The notes under the pieces: model-generated
Seen by the model: only the letters and a program-made list of their open reading frames with translations
Database searches by the model: none
What the model was told of the DNA's origin: nothing
Source of the DNA: Sulfolobaceae archaeon
GTDB lineage: Archaea > Thermoproteota > Thermoprotei_A > Sulfolobales > Sulfolobaceae
Direction: 5' to 3'
Assembly (NCBI GenBank): GCA_038893355.1
Contig: JAWARQ010000003.1
Location: 1 to 64,000 of the forward strand
DNA length: 64,000 nucleotides
Shown: positions 34,778-45,749 of the stretch, in pieces
How positions within the stretch are numbered: position 1 is the first letter of the stretch
How the letters are laid out: every line of letters begins with the position of its first letter
Made by a program: the position numbers and the translations under genes

Positions 34778-35271
34778 CTTGATCCAGTACCACATCCACA
34801 ATATCCGTATTCGTCTATCTCTAATCCACATACTGGGCATACTACTCCAGATGATTTAATTGATGTCATTTCCTTTCCAAATTGCATATAATGAAGCTCA
34901 GTTATTGCCTTAACTAGATCCCTTATAGAAATAATACCCTTAACTTCTTTGCCGTCAGAAGAAAGAACTGGTAAGTGCCTAAATCCGTTTACTAACATTA
35001 CCTCTACCGCATCGTAGACTCCTGCGTCTTCTTTAATACCCTTTACATCCCTAGTCATATAATCCTTTACCTTAGCATTAAATTTTCCATCAGAGAAAGC
35101 CCTAACTAAATCCCTCTCAGTAATTATTCCTACAACTTTTCCCTCATCATTTATTACCAAAAGTGAACCTATTCCATGTTCCCTCATTTCTTTAGCTGCG
35201 AATACTAAATCGTCATTCTCTTTGATAACATGAATAGGCCTTGAAACGAATTTTGTAAGAAGTTGGCTCAT
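34774..35271 (-). CDS. CBS-domain protein with C-terminal Zn-ribbon-like motif
   Basis: GIITERD and FRHLPV CBS pair; CPVC...CGC tail. Confidence 0.88.
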   Translation of the reverse strand: MSQLLTKFVSRPIHVIKENDDLVFAAKEMREHGIGSLLVINDEGKVVGIITERDLVRAFSDGKFNAKVKDYMTRDVKGIKEDAGVYDAVEVMLVNGFRHLPVLSSDGKEVKGIISIRDLVKAITELHYMQFGKEMTSIKSSGVVCPVCGLEIDEYGYCGCGTGSS

Positions 35272-35435
35272 AATATAATTATAGTATAAGGAGTTTAAAA
35301 AGTATATCGTAATACTTTACTTTCAATAAACTAATATAAGAAAAGAAATTAAATATTTTTATCTAAAAATCAGATCTATCATCCCTCATAATATTAGAGA
35401 TACTTTTAATATTAGTTAAAAGAAATTAAAACTGA

Positions 35436-36203
35436 ATGTTAGGGGCCTTTGACTTTAACACGATAGAAACTACCTATCTTAGAGAAGAATTTGATACTAT
35501 ACAGAACCGCGCGAATAAAGAATTACTTTTTTTAATTAATAAAGAATTTATTCAAAAATTTTCTAAATCTCTTTTAATAATCTTATCCGAAAAATTAGAT
35601 ACTGAAGTTTATAATTTAAAACTAAAAAATATTGGTAGTTTAATATTCTTAGTAAATGATAAAAAGGAAGTTTCACTAGCTGAGTATAGTAAATATGCTA
35701 CAACGGCAGAGTATATAGCGAACTCCTACCCTCATGTATTTTCACTAGCAGTAGACTACCAGTTTATAAATAAATGGGAAAAATATTACAAAAAAGTTCT
35801 TAAAAATAATTATTTTAAATCTATTTTAGACTATATCGAGGGTAAGAAAATTTCTAGAATAAGATATACTGATGCAGTTTATTTATTTATATTCTTAAAA
35901 TTAACTGAAAATTAAAAAAATTTTCTAGCGAAGCAAGATAAATCAATAACGATAATACTGGAAGGCGGATTGGAGCCAAGAAAGGAGTTTGATAATATAT
36001 TATACTTATTAGGTAATATTTCTATAGATGAAATAGTCAACACAATTGTCTTTCAGAAGAAATATTTAACTGAGCCTCCTAGAAAAGGAGAATATGTAGC
36101 GTATAATTTCCAAGGTAGAGAAATTTATATTTCACTACAAAGTATAAATGATATAGTTGAGGGTAGATATAAGATAAAATTTACTGTAGAATCTTATTAT
36201 TAA
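35436..36203 (+). pseudogene. hypothetical protein split by one in-frame TAA (35913-35915)
   Basis: ORFs 35436-35915 and 35970-36203 share a frame, and the 18 codons between them are open. Confidence 0.55.
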
Positions 36204-36889
36204 CTCTTACCCATTGCTCTTAATGCTCCCCTAATGAAGCCTTCAACTACAGAAATAGGGCTACTTGACTTCATTACTGCACTAGCAGCCCCAACACCAT
36301 CTGCACCTAGTTTAATGCTTATATATACATCCTCTTCATTAGTTATACCAGCTCCTGCTATCAGATAAACCCCACTCACCTTTTTAATCTCCCTTACTGC
36401 ATTAGTAATCACTTCTGGCTTAACCTTCGAAACAGCCTTTCCGGTGCCTATTAATTCTGGTGGTTCAATCAGTATTGCGTTAGGACTTAACAGTCCTATA
36501 GGATAAACTAAGCTATAATTATCAACACAAACTATACTTTCTAGTCCCAAGCCCTTCATTCTAACTAGTAATTCGGGCAGATCATTTAACAGAATCCTCT
36601 TTTCACTATGATTTATAAGAGATCCTTTAGCTCCTGCTTCCTTTATTAGCTCTGGTGGAATAGAACCGGTATAAGCTCCTAGGGGATTAGAATCTACATG
36701 TTGAGAATATACGGAAATATTCTCTACCTCAGCTGCTATCCTATTTATCATTGTAGCAGGCACTGCAACTATAATATCAATACCGTATTCCTTACTTAAT
36801 TTATCAATTCCCTTAGCAATTTCTATTCCTACTCTTCCAAAGGAATTCTCATATACTTTATAATTAATTACTATAATAGGAGGTTTCAT
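36200..36889 (-). CDS. tpiA: triosephosphate isomerase
   Basis: [23 protein letters not shown]. Confidence 0.95.
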   Translation of the reverse strand: MKPPIIVINYKVYENSFGRVGIEIAKGIDKLSKEYGIDIIVAVPATMINRIAAEVENISVYSQHVDSNPLGAYTGSIPPELIKEAGAKGSLINHSEKRILLNDLPELLVRMKGLGLESIVCVDNYSLVYPIGLLSPNAILIEPPELIGTGKAVSKVKPEVITNAVREIKKVSGVYLIAGAGITNEEDVYISIKLGADGVGAASAVMKSSSPISVVEGFIRGALRAMGKS

Positions 36890-36915
36890 GAGAATCGTAT
36901 ATGGGGGACGATTAA

Positions 36916-37431
36916 ATTATTTACTGTGGGATTGATCTAGCAGTAAAGCGTTTAACTTACGTCGCGGTAATGAATGAGGATGGAATAATTAGTGTAAAGA
37001 AGTTAATGAGTGATGAGGAGATTATTAATGAGTGTAGAAATGCATTAAGTGCAATAGATTCTCCGCTCCTACTTTCAAACGGATTTAGGAAAGTTGATAT
37101 TGAAATGATTAGAAAAGGTTATAGAGTTTTGCCTCCTTCGTTTATGAAGAGTTTGGTTGAGAGGGCAATTAGAATTTCAAGAGAAATAAAAGTTATAGAA
37201 ACCCATCCCACCTCCTCTGCTAAGAACTTAGGCCTAAATTGGAGGGAATTTACGAATATAAAAGATGAATTTGATGCAGTGCTTTGCGTTCTAGCTGCTT
37301 TCTCTTATCATATTGGTATAGCACAAAAAGTTGAGGCAGAAGATGGTGAAATCTATCTAGTACCTAAAGATTTTGATTATAAAATAAAGAAATTAAATAA
37401 TGAGAGATATATATTAATTAAGAAGAGCTAA
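36916..37431 (+). CDS. DUF429-family RNase H-like protein; probable ATT start
   Basis: [12 protein letters not shown] lies upstream of the first ATG (36970); IDSPL, IETHP and DEFDA motifs. Confidence 0.7.
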   Translation: MIYCGIDLAVKRLTYVAVMNEDGIISVKKLMSDEEIINECRNALSAIDSPLLLSNGFRKVDIEMIRKGYRVLPPSFMKSLVERAIRISREIKVIETHPTSSAKNLGLNWREFTNIKDEFDAVLCVLAAFSYHIGIAQKVEAEDGEIYLVPKDFDYKIKKLNNERYILIKKS

Positions 37432-39010
37432 AGATCCTTCCTATTTCCCTACCTAATCTAACCAGTCTCCTATAAAATAAGACAGCAAGAATTACTGCGG
37501 AGAATAATATTATATATTCTGTGTAACTAATAGGCCTATAATATCTAAAAACTATATCCTCTACTATAAGTATTGTATAGGTATAAAGTAACAGAATTAC
37601 AAAGAGTACGAACATTTTATTTCTTTCATTCCTAATACTCCTATAAATTTCATATACTAAAGGTAATATTATCAAGGGAATACTAACACCTATAAAAGGT
37701 GCTATGAAGGGAAAGAGCGTAGGTGAGTTTTGATACGTTATTTGTAACGAGACTATGCCAGCTGAAATTATTGATATTATGGCGAGTATTAATTGAAATA
37801 TTCTCGAAATCTTTATACTTCTATTATTAGAGTAATTAGTAGTAATAATAAAAGAGGTTCTTAATAATTTATTAATCTTAGGAACTTTATTCTCAAATTT
37901 CAAAATAAATTTTAAAATTGAATTTTCATTCCTTAAAAGCAAAGAAGTTGTAAAAACTCCAATAGTGGTAGTTAATAGTGCAATTGGGTAAACTATTCCT
38001 ATATCAATTCCTCTTTCAATAGCAAGTAAGGAAATTATAATTCCTATTTCGCTAATAGAAGTCATATAAACCCCATTCCTAAATGCCCTAACGAAATCTA
38101 TTCCACTTAACCATGAACCAAAACTAAATGCAAAAAATTTGTTTATTACGAGAATAAATGCAATTGGTAAAGATAGTAAAATAGTATTATCAATTTTTAT
38201 GAGAGAACCAGCATATATGAAAAAGAATATTAGCATAAAGTCTCTTAAAGGCCTAAGTATATATAATACTCTTGATGTATCTTCTAATGCTATTGATGTG
38301 GAAAATCCTAATAATAGGGAGCCAAAGGTTGCGGGAAATGAAATTTGATTGCTGATTAAATTAAAAATTATTATACTACCTACAGATGCTAATATTATTA
38401 AATCATCAGTATACTTAGTTGAGGGCTTTATTAAAATTCTGGATATGATAAATCCTAGAACAACTATTGCTAGAGACGATAATCCTATACTCAAAATAGA
38501 TTCAATAGAAATTGTACTTGTTGATAAGATTATTAAAATTCCTAAAAATACAACTATATCTTCAAGTGAAGTTACTGCTACCATAAGTTTCCTATCCTCT
38601 TCATCTATCCTACCCTCAGAGAATTTATAAACTAACGCAGTACTCGTATTCACACCAATTAATGAAAGAAGGAAAGACTTTAAAAGATCCAGACCGAGTA
38701 TGGAGCCTATTATTAAACCTATATTCAATGAAAATATAATTTCAATTAATAATATAAATAATCCTCTTAAAAAATATTTATCTAGAGTTCTTCTATCAAA
38801 TGAAACACCTATCTCAAATGCTAAGACATTAATAGCTAATGTTCTTGCGAGGTCAAAGATTGAACCTTGAAAAGAAACATTTATGTAAGATCCTATAGTA
38901 CCTGCAGTAAAGTAAGCAAGAACTGGATTAATACCTAATCTAGCTAATATTAAGCCCAAGGATACTGCAATAATAATTATTATTATTAAAGACTCTAACA
39001 TTTTTACCAC
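37418..39010 (-). CDS. cation:proton antiporter (CPA2/Kef-like)
   Basis: FEIG, TSTA, LED, LRDF..IFF, ISE; many TM helices. Confidence 0.82.
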   Translation of the reverse strand: MVKMLESLIIIIIIAVSLGLILARLGINPVLAYFTAGTIGSYINVSFQGSIFDLARTLAINVLAFEIGVSFDRRTLDKYFLRGLFILLIEIIFSLNIGLIIGSILGLDLLKSFLLSLIGVNTSTALVYKFSEGRIDEEDRKLMVAVTSLEDIVVFLGILIILSTSTISIESILSIGLSSLAIVVLGFIISRILIKPSTKYTDDLIILASVGSIIIFNLISNQISFPATFGSLLLGFSTSIALEDTSRVLYILRPLRDFMLIFFFIYAGSLIKIDNTILLSLPIAFILVINKFFAFSFGSWLSGIDFVRAFRNGVYMTSISEIGIIISLLAIERGIDIGIVYPIALLTTTIGVFTTSLLLRNENSILKFILKFENKVPKINKLLRTSFIITTNYSNNRSIKISRIFQLILAIISIISAGIVSLQITYQNSPTLFPFIAPFIGVSIPLIILPLVYEIYRSIRNERNKMFVLFVILLLYTYTILIVEDIVFRYYRPISYTEYIILFSAVILAVLFYRRLVRLGREIGRIFSSS

Positions 39011-39029
39011 AACCTTATTAGGTTATTAT

Positions 39030-39980
39030 GTGAACTTGAGACAAATATATTTCGAAAGTGAAATACTTAAGGATAATCCATTCAATGACCCACATCAGAG
39101 AAAAATTATAGCTATAGAGATAGAAGAGAAGCCGATTAGTAAACCGGTAATTATATACCTAAGCGGTTATTTCTCCTCAAGTATAAGTTTATTAAACTAT
39201 ACGATAACTCATCTTAATATAATAGATAGAGTTAAGAAACTTATTGCAGAGAAAAAGATGAAAAATTCGATAATAGTTCTTCCCGATACGATGACCAAAT
39301 TAGGGGGAAATCAGTACCTCGATAGCAAGGCTGTAGGGCTTTATGAATCATTCTTAGTAAAAGAACTTATCCCATTCTTAAAAGAAGTCTACAAGACTGA
39401 TAGAATAGGAATAATTGGAAGGTCTTCTGGGGGCTTTGGGGCATTAAATATAGCAATGAAAGGTTATGATATAAAAGCTATTGCCGTACACTCACCAGAT
39501 GTATATTTCGAATACATTTACTTACCCATTTTACCTATTGCCTATAAAGAGTTAAGAAAGGTGAAAGATGTTAAGGAGTATATAAATTACTTCTGGTCAA
39601 AGGAGGAGAAAAGCAAGAGAGAAATGATTACAATGATGATAATTGGACTTTCTGCATTTTACTCGAAATCAGAAGAAATCGAACTCCCATTTGAAATGGA
39701 TACTGGAGGAATCAATAATGAAGTATGGGAAAATTGGATAAGAAAGGATCCATTAAGGAGGCCTATAGAGGAATTTAACAACCTTAGAAGGTTAAAAATG
39801 ATATATATAGATGCAGGAAGCAAGGACGAGTATAATATAAATATAGGAGTGAAAATATTTCATAAAAAACTTAACCAACTAAAAATCCCGCACTATTATG
39901 AGGAATATAACGGAAAGCATAACGCACCTAGTAGATTAAACATTTCATTACCTCTTATTGAGAATTCATTACTTGAGTAA
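39030..39980 (+). CDS. alpha/beta hydrolase (enterochelin esterase-like)
   Basis: GRSSGG nucleophile elbow, DAGSKDEY, YNGKH. Confidence 0.82.
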   Translation: MNLRQIYFESEILKDNPFNDPHQRKIIAIEIEEKPISKPVIIYLSGYFSSSISLLNYTITHLNIIDRVKKLIAEKKMKNSIIVLPDTMTKLGGNQYLDSKAVGLYESFLVKELIPFLKEVYKTDRIGIIGRSSGGFGALNIAMKGYDIKAIAVHSPDVYFEYIYLPILPIAYKELRKVKDVKEYINYFWSKEEKSKREMITMMIIGLSAFYSKSEEIELPFEMDTGGINNEVWENWIRKDPLRRPIEEFNNLRRLKMIYIDAGSKDEYNINIGVKIFHKKLNQLKIPHYYEEYNGKHNAPSRLNISLPLIENSLLE

Positions 39981-40424
39981 GCAATATCCACCATTATACT
40001 CACTCCAATCCTTTGAAAAGAAAAATTTACACTCTACTTTAAAACCTTCTAAAACTAATGGTAACCATACCCTATCACAGGGCCACATCTTATCATACGG
40101 TGGATCCTTTAGAATTATCGGCTCAGCTTCTCTAGAGCCACGCAACTCCCCTGAAAATGAACTTGAAAGAAAAACATACATTATTTCCTCAGAACCGTCA
40201 TCTAGAACGAAAAATATTTTTGCAATATTTTCTAAATTATCTAATCTGATTCCGATTTCTTCTCTAACCTCTCTCATTGCACACTCTTCTGGAGTTTCAT
40301 TACTCTCAACCTTACCGCCAGGGAAGTTAATTAGACCAGCACCAAGTCCAGTAAGCTTCTTTATGAATACAATACCATCATCTCCTTTCTTTATTATAAC
40401 CAAACAACTTTCTCTCTTATTCAT
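39969..40424 (-). CDS. Nudix hydrolase (MutT-like)
   Basis: GGKVE..ETPEECAMREVREEIG Nudix box; MWPCD. Confidence 0.9.
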   Translation of the reverse strand: MNKRESCLVIIKKGDDGIVFIKKLTGLGAGLINFPGGKVESNETPEECAMREVREEIGIRLDNLENIAKIFFVLDDGSEEIMYVFLSSSFSGELRGSREAEPIILKDPPYDKMWPCDRVWLPLVLEGFKVECKFFFSKDWSEYNGGYCLLK

Positions 40425-40969
40425 TTCTCACTTGAAAATAGTTTATTGAAATAAAGTATAATTAAATAAACTGCAACAGAATTCATTATGACAAACATTA
40501 TTATCCCTAAAGTATAATATTGGTCTGCAGTATAGGGATATCTAACATAAGGCTCAGGAAATGCCATAAAGAGTATTGATAGATAAGTATCACCTAGCAT
40601 CCATAAACCCAATAAAGAAAATTTTAGAATTGAAGAAATCAAATCCACTATTGAACCAATAAGGTAACCAGAGAATATGAGGAGTAAATTATCTAATATC
40701 CTAAAATAAATATTTGTTCCCCCAAGGTAAAAGATGATAGGATAATGGAGAAGAATTATCATAGAACTCGAAAAGACTATCGAGAATGTTGGATTTAAAA
40801 TCCCCAACCTTCTTTTATAGCCTAATAATGCACCTGCTGTAAATAAGGAATAATGGGATAGCATGTAAGGTATTACATTTTTAAAACCTAAATCCTCTGT
40901 GAATGGATTTATTGTTATAATTAATAATATAATTGAAATTAAATCATAACTCCTTAATCTAACTTGCAT
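40421..40969 (-). CDS. DUF1404 (CtaG-like) membrane protein
   Basis: NPFTE, MLSHYSL, LHYP, WMLGDT.LSI, MF..MN. Confidence 0.75.
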   Translation of the reverse strand: MQVRLRSYDLISIILLIITINPFTEDLGFKNVIPYMLSHYSLFTAGALLGYKRRLGILNPTFSIVFSSSMIILLHYPIIFYLGGTNIYFRILDNLLLIFSGYLIGSIVDLISSILKFSLLGLWMLGDTYLSILFMAFPEPYVRYPYTADQYYTLGIIMFVIMNSVAVYLIILYFNKLFSSEK

Positions 40970-41688
40970 TTCTCACTAACCCTTCTTATTGATCTAGAAA
41001 TTAAGTATAAAGCAAATATTGAAATTAATGGTAAGAGATAATAACTAATAACAAATCCTATCCATGAGCCTAAAAAATTAGCTAATATTCCAAATAATTC
41101 TAAATTAGATGAAAAGAGCATAATTGCAACTAACGAAGGTAAAGTAAGGCAACAACTTGAAGCTGAGACTATAGATAAAGAAGTTATAGGAATAAAGTAA
41201 GTGAGACTTCTAAATTTCCTTAAATAAACAAGTCCTGAAACTGAATAGCCTATAAAACTCGCTAAAATAACTCCATAAATTATACTTAGAGGTGTAAAAG
41301 AGAATTCTACACCATGTACAAAAACAATTATAGAAGGACTCGATGTTACAACAAAAGGGTAATTGATGGCAGTAAAGGGTTGAGAATAAGAAAAGCTAAC
41401 CAGAATTAATGAGAATGCTGGAAGATTAAACCCAGTTGCAAAGCTTGTATATAACCCAAAAATTGCTTCATGTACAATAAAATATGTTATAAATACTATA
41501 ATAAAAACCTTTATATCTTTAGATTTATAATAAAAAGTTAAAATATAATTATATAATATGAGCAAAATAGGAAACCAAAAAAGAAAACTCTCAATAGTTG
41601 ATGTAACTAAATTTGTACTTCCAAGAAGGAGAAATAATAAGAAGGATAAGAATAAAAAAATTATTACCTTTATAACTTTTAATTTCAT
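40954..41688 (-). CDS. membrane protein with SCCL motif
   Basis: Multiple TM helices; SASSCCLTLPSL; co-oriented directly downstream of soxM. Confidence 0.65.
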   Translation of the reverse strand: MKLKVIKVIIFLFLSFLLFLLLGSTNLVTSTIESFLFWFPILLILYNYILTFYYKSKDIKVFIIVFITYFIVHEAIFGLYTSFATGFNLPAFSLILVSFSYSQPFTAINYPFVVTSSPSIIVFVHGVEFSFTPLSIIYGVILASFIGYSVSGLVYLRKFRSLTYFIPITSLSIVSASSCCLTLPSLVAIMLFSSNLELFGILANFLGSWIGFVISYYLLPLISIFALYLISRSIRRVSEKCKLD

Positions 41689-41691
41689 TTT

Positions 41692-44055
41692 TTATACGAA
41701 TAGATGTAAATAGAACGTACTAAATACTACTACCCACACAGCATCTACAAAGTGCCAATAATAGCTTGCAGCAACCGATCCGCCGTATGGATAAACTCCT
41801 TTAAAAGCTCTAGCTAGTACTACAGCCCATATTACTAGTCCCATTATAACGTGGAATGCGTGTAGATTAACAGTAGAATAGAAGAATGCAGCAAAAGCAT
41901 TAGCTTGTGGAGTAAAGTGAATGACATGAGTGAATTCATAGACTTGCCCTAATAAGAATGTTAGACCCATTGCAGAAGTCAGTATTCCAAGAGTCTTAAA
42001 TAACCTTACATTACCACGCTTCATAGCTTCATATGCAAAATGTGCAGGGATGGAGCTCGAAATCAATATCGCACTCATTATAGTTGGTAGCGGGAAGTAT
42101 TCAATTTCAGTTGGTGGCTTTGCAAGTGTGTAAGCTATTGGATTAGTTAGAGGACTTGCTACGAATAAGTAACCTCCTATGAATGACCCGAATAAGAATA
42201 TCTCGGCAACAATGAATAATAATACTGCAGTTCTCGTATCTCTTATCGTTAACAAACCAGATACATTACCATTCGGATCATGATTAGGTAAACCTGCACC
42301 GTCAAACATCTTGGGCGGCATTGTAGTAATTCCTCTAAACCACTGCGAGTAAAGCCAGGCTACTCCTACACCCATGAAGGATAATAAGAACGCAAATCCT
42401 AATGGTAGCATTCCTAAGAAGAAGGCCTGGAACCCTAATGGGACAAATACCATAAACATTCCCAGAACAGAGTAATACGGAAAGCCGTGATAATGTTCTT
42501 CATGAGCACCATCTATTGATTTTCCTAAAGATAACGGTAATGCTATTGGCTTTATATAGAAGTCTGGCATTCCTAATGGCTCTACCTCCCAAGGATCAGT
42601 ACTAGTTACCCTAGGCCCTCTTATCCAAGCGTATATTAATGCACCAAAGAGCATTATAAGTCCTATTCCTATCATTATTCCTCCAACATTTGCCATAAAC
42701 TGGAATGGTTGATATATTATTGAAGGATCTTGGGCATATCTCCTAGGTAAACCTAAAACTCCAGCAATAGACATTGCAGTAGCTAGCATTAAAGAGCCAG
42801 CCAATAATAGTATTGATCCGCTCTTAGCAATTTCTTCATCATACTTCTTACCAGTTAAATATGGGAAGTAATAAACTACACCTGCTAATAATGCTGCTAG
42901 TATTGCAAAAACTACATAGTGAAAGTGACCAACTACAAAGTATGTACCATTTAGGGCATAATCTAGGGGTATTAACGGGAAGAATACGCCAGTTATTCCA
43001 CCGAGTAAGAATAGAATAACAAATGAAAGTGCTAGCAAGAATGGTGCAGTAACCCTTATCCTTGCATCATATAACGTAGCAGTCCAATTGAAGACTTTTA
43101 CTCCAGAAGGAACTGCAATTGCTAAGGTAACTGAACCTGCTAATATTCTTATAGTATCATTAGCAATAGCAGTAAACATGTGATGCATCCAAACACTAAA
43201 TGCGCTAAAGAATGCTATTGCCATTGATGATAATGCAACCATTTTATAGCCATAAATGGGTCTACCAGCCATTCTAGGTAATATTTCTGAAACTAGACCC
43301 ATTGCAGGTAATACAAGTATATAAACCTCTGGATGTCCGAAGAACCAGAACAAGTGTTGCCACAGTATTGGGCTTCCACCCAATGCTGCATTAAAGAACG
43401 GTGTTCCCCAAGCCCTCTCTAAGAACGCCATTACCAAACCGCCAGTTAATGGCGGCAATGCAATTACTAGTAATATTGCTGTAGCAAAAAACGCCCAAAC
43501 AAATAACGGCATTTTAAAGTAGGGAACTTTCCTTAGCTTTACTATAGTCATAATAAAGTTAACTCCAGTTAAAGTAGAAGAAACACCAGCAACTGCTAAT
43601 GATATTTGAAGTAAGTTTACCCCTATCCCGTAATTTACTTGTAAATCAGTAGAGAGTGGGGCATACATATACCAACCAGTATTTACTGGACCGAAATACG
43701 GGGCTATTGCAGCTAAAAGTACTGCAGGCGGTAATATCCAAAATGATAGGGCATTTATCCTAGGCCAATACAAATCATGGGCTCCAATCATTCTCGGAAC
43801 CAGATAGTTAGCGAAACCTGCAGATAATGGCATTACTACAAAGAATATCATGAAAATTCCGTGTAAAGTTACTACATCATAATAATTTACTGCACCTAAA
43901 GTATTATATGTAATCTGGTATCTAATCAGAAACGCGTTAATAGATCCTATTATTAGACTAATTAAACCTAATAATATATATAGCTGCCCTATATCTGAAG
44001 CATTAGTTGTTCTTATAGCAGTACCTAAAATTCTAATTATACGATTCTCTGACAT
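41692..44055 (-). CDS. soxM: heme-copper oxidase SoxM (fused subunits I and III)
   Basis: TLHG, GHPEVY, WMHHMF, GHFH; C-terminal subunit III HAFHV and YWHFVD. Confidence 0.95.
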   Translation of the reverse strand: MSENRIIRILGTAIRTTNASDIGQLYILLGLISLIIGSINAFLIRYQITYNTLGAVNYYDVVTLHGIFMIFFVVMPLSAGFANYLVPRMIGAHDLYWPRINALSFWILPPAVLLAAIAPYFGPVNTGWYMYAPLSTDLQVNYGIGVNLLQISLAVAGVSSTLTGVNFIMTIVKLRKVPYFKMPLFVWAFFATAILLVIALPPLTGGLVMAFLERAWGTPFFNAALGGSPILWQHLFWFFGHPEVYILVLPAMGLVSEILPRMAGRPIYGYKMVALSSMAIAFFSAFSVWMHHMFTAIANDTIRILAGSVTLAIAVPSGVKVFNWTATLYDARIRVTAPFLLALSFVILFLLGGITGVFFPLIPLDYALNGTYFVVGHFHYVVFAILAALLAGVVYYFPYLTGKKYDEEIAKSGSILLLAGSLMLATAMSIAGVLGLPRRYAQDPSIIYQPFQFMANVGGIMIGIGLIMLFGALIYAWIRGPRVTSTDPWEVEPLGMPDFYIKPIALPLSLGKSIDGAHEEHYHGFPYYSVLGMFMVFVPLGFQAFFLGMLPLGFAFLLSFMGVGVAWLYSQWFRGITTMPPKMFDGAGLPNHDPNGNVSGLLTIRDTRTAVLLFIVAEIFLFGSFIGGYLFVASPLTNPIAYTLAKPPTEIEYFPLPTIMSAILISSSIPAHFAYEAMKRGNVRLFKTLGILTSAMGLTFLLGQVYEFTHVIHFTPQANAFAAFFYSTVNLHAFHVIMGLVIWAVVLARAFKGVYPYGGSVAASYYWHFVDAVWVVVFSTFYLHLFV

Positions 44056-44192
44056 TACTTATCGGGTAATAGTTATGTTACGAAGATATAAATGTAACTA
44101 TTAAAACTGACAATTTATATATTCATACGATAAACTTGTTTATATAATAGTAATATATTAATATAAAAAATATATAGTAACTTTTAGAAAAA

Positions 44193-44798
44193 TTAAGAAG
44201 ATATTACAACATAAGGTTGAGTATAATTACCTACTATAACATCAATCCACATTCCACTCTGTGCATGACCTGGTACTCCACATAGTATCATATAATATCC
44301 AGCTTGAAGAGGTGGAGAAGAACCACTCGTAGAAGCCCCACCACTTACTAAATGTGTAAGATAATCTGAAGGTGACGCGCCAAATACCGTTATAATTGTC
44401 CCAAAATTCTTAATATCGGGATTTGTGGGAGTTGCTGTAGAGTTCTTAATTAGAACCGCATTATGCGGCTGTGAATCATAATTGGTATACTTTACAAATA
44501 AGGAAAAGCCAGCTGGGATGTAAACTTTCATCTTTCCAAATCCAGTGCCGTTATAGGTATATCCCCCGCCGCTTGTTGTGACTAAATATAGGTATACTGT
44601 TTTTGAGGCATTATCATAACTTAAAGGTATCTGTTTAGGTCCAGTAGTTGTAGTAGCCGTGCCTGCACCAGTGGAAGGTCCAGAAACTAATTGATTATAA
44701 TATAAATATGTATATATTCCAACTCCGATACTAACAATAGCTACAATTATAGCAACTACAACGGTAAACATAGGTGATACTGCCTTATTCATTTTCAT
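44193..44798 (-). CDS. soxE: sulfocyanin (blue copper protein)
   Basis: PHN and CGVPGHAQSGM copper ligands; N-terminal TM / class III-like signal. Confidence 0.92.
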   Translation of the reverse strand: MKMNKAVSPMFTVVVAIIVAIVSIGVGIYTYLYYNQLVSGPSTGAGTATTTTGPKQIPLSYDNASKTVYLYLVTTSGGGYTYNGTGFGKMKVYIPAGFSLFVKYTNYDSQPHNAVLIKNSTATPTNPDIKNFGTIITVFGASPSDYLTHLVSGGASTSGSSPPLQAGYYMILCGVPGHAQSGMWIDVIVGNYTQPYVVISS

Positions 44799-44993
44799 CG
44801 CAATTTAGAGTGGAATCAGAGTTTTAAAAATTTTCATTATATTTCGTAATCATCTATAGAATATTTTATACATAAAAATTAAATTTTTAAAACAATATAA
44901 AATAAAATTAACCTAAATGAAAGATATAATTAAAATTTCTAGTTAAGCTCATAAAAAATTTAAATACTTGAGATACTAACTTGACAAGAGATT

Positions 44994-45743
44994 ATGGATA
45001 GGAGGACCTTTCTAAAGCTCTATTTAATAGGAGGTGCTGCAATAGCCATATCCCCGTTAATTAAGCCTATATTGGATTATGCAGGATTCTTCTATGGTGA
45101 AATAGTAGAGACATCAAGAAATTATTGGGTTGCTAACAATACTAACGGTTTGGGAGGATTTCCGAAGTATAAAATAGCAAACTATTATAGCGATGTTGCG
45201 CCAGTATTTAATAAGGGATGTCCAGTATACTTTTTTGCATATCCTCTCCAAAATGAACCTTGCTTTTTAGTTGACCTCAAAGTCTTAACTGGCAAAGAAG
45301 TTCCTGAAATACAGAACCCATATTATGGGAAGTATCCTGGTCCACTTGGTTCATTAAAGACTATTAAGGGAGTTGGCCCATCGAATTCAATTTATGCCTT
45401 TTCAGCTGTTTGTGTACATTTAGGATGCCAGCTTCCAGCACAGGTTAAGTCGAATAATCCAGATTTGCCGGGGTTAAATCCATCAACCTCAATATTGCAT
45501 TGCCCCTGCCACGGATCTATGTTTAAGTTAGATGAAGGAGGAGTTGTTGTTGGTGGACCTGCAAATAGGCCATTACCAATGGTAATCTTAGATTATGACC
45601 CATCTACCGGTGACATATTTGCAGTAGGAGACAATGCACCATACTTTTCAGCAGGACTTCCAAGGAATACTCCTAGTGATAACTTACTGTATGATCCTAG
45701 ATATAGTTATAGTGTTCCTTCTAACCCTGCATGTCAAGGGTGA
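44994..45743 (+). CDS. soxF: Rieske iron-sulfur protein
   Basis: Tat signal DRRTFLK; CVHLGC and CPCHGS. Confidence 0.92.
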   Translation: MDRRTFLKLYLIGGAAIAISPLIKPILDYAGFFYGEIVETSRNYWVANNTNGLGGFPKYKIANYYSDVAPVFNKGCPVYFFAYPLQNEPCFLVDLKVLTGKEVPEIQNPYYGKYPGPLGSLKTIKGVGPSNSIYAFSAVCVHLGCQLPAQVKSNNPDLPGLNPSTSILHCPCHGSMFKLDEGGVVVGGPANRPLPMVILDYDPSTGDIFAVGDNAPYFSAGLPRNTPSDNLLYDPRYSYSVPSNPACQG

Positions 45744-45749
45744 GATTGA

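Noticed and set aside
31698-36203. Integrated element at tRNA-Leu
   Set aside because: No integrase fragment and no duplicated tRNA segment noticed in the window.
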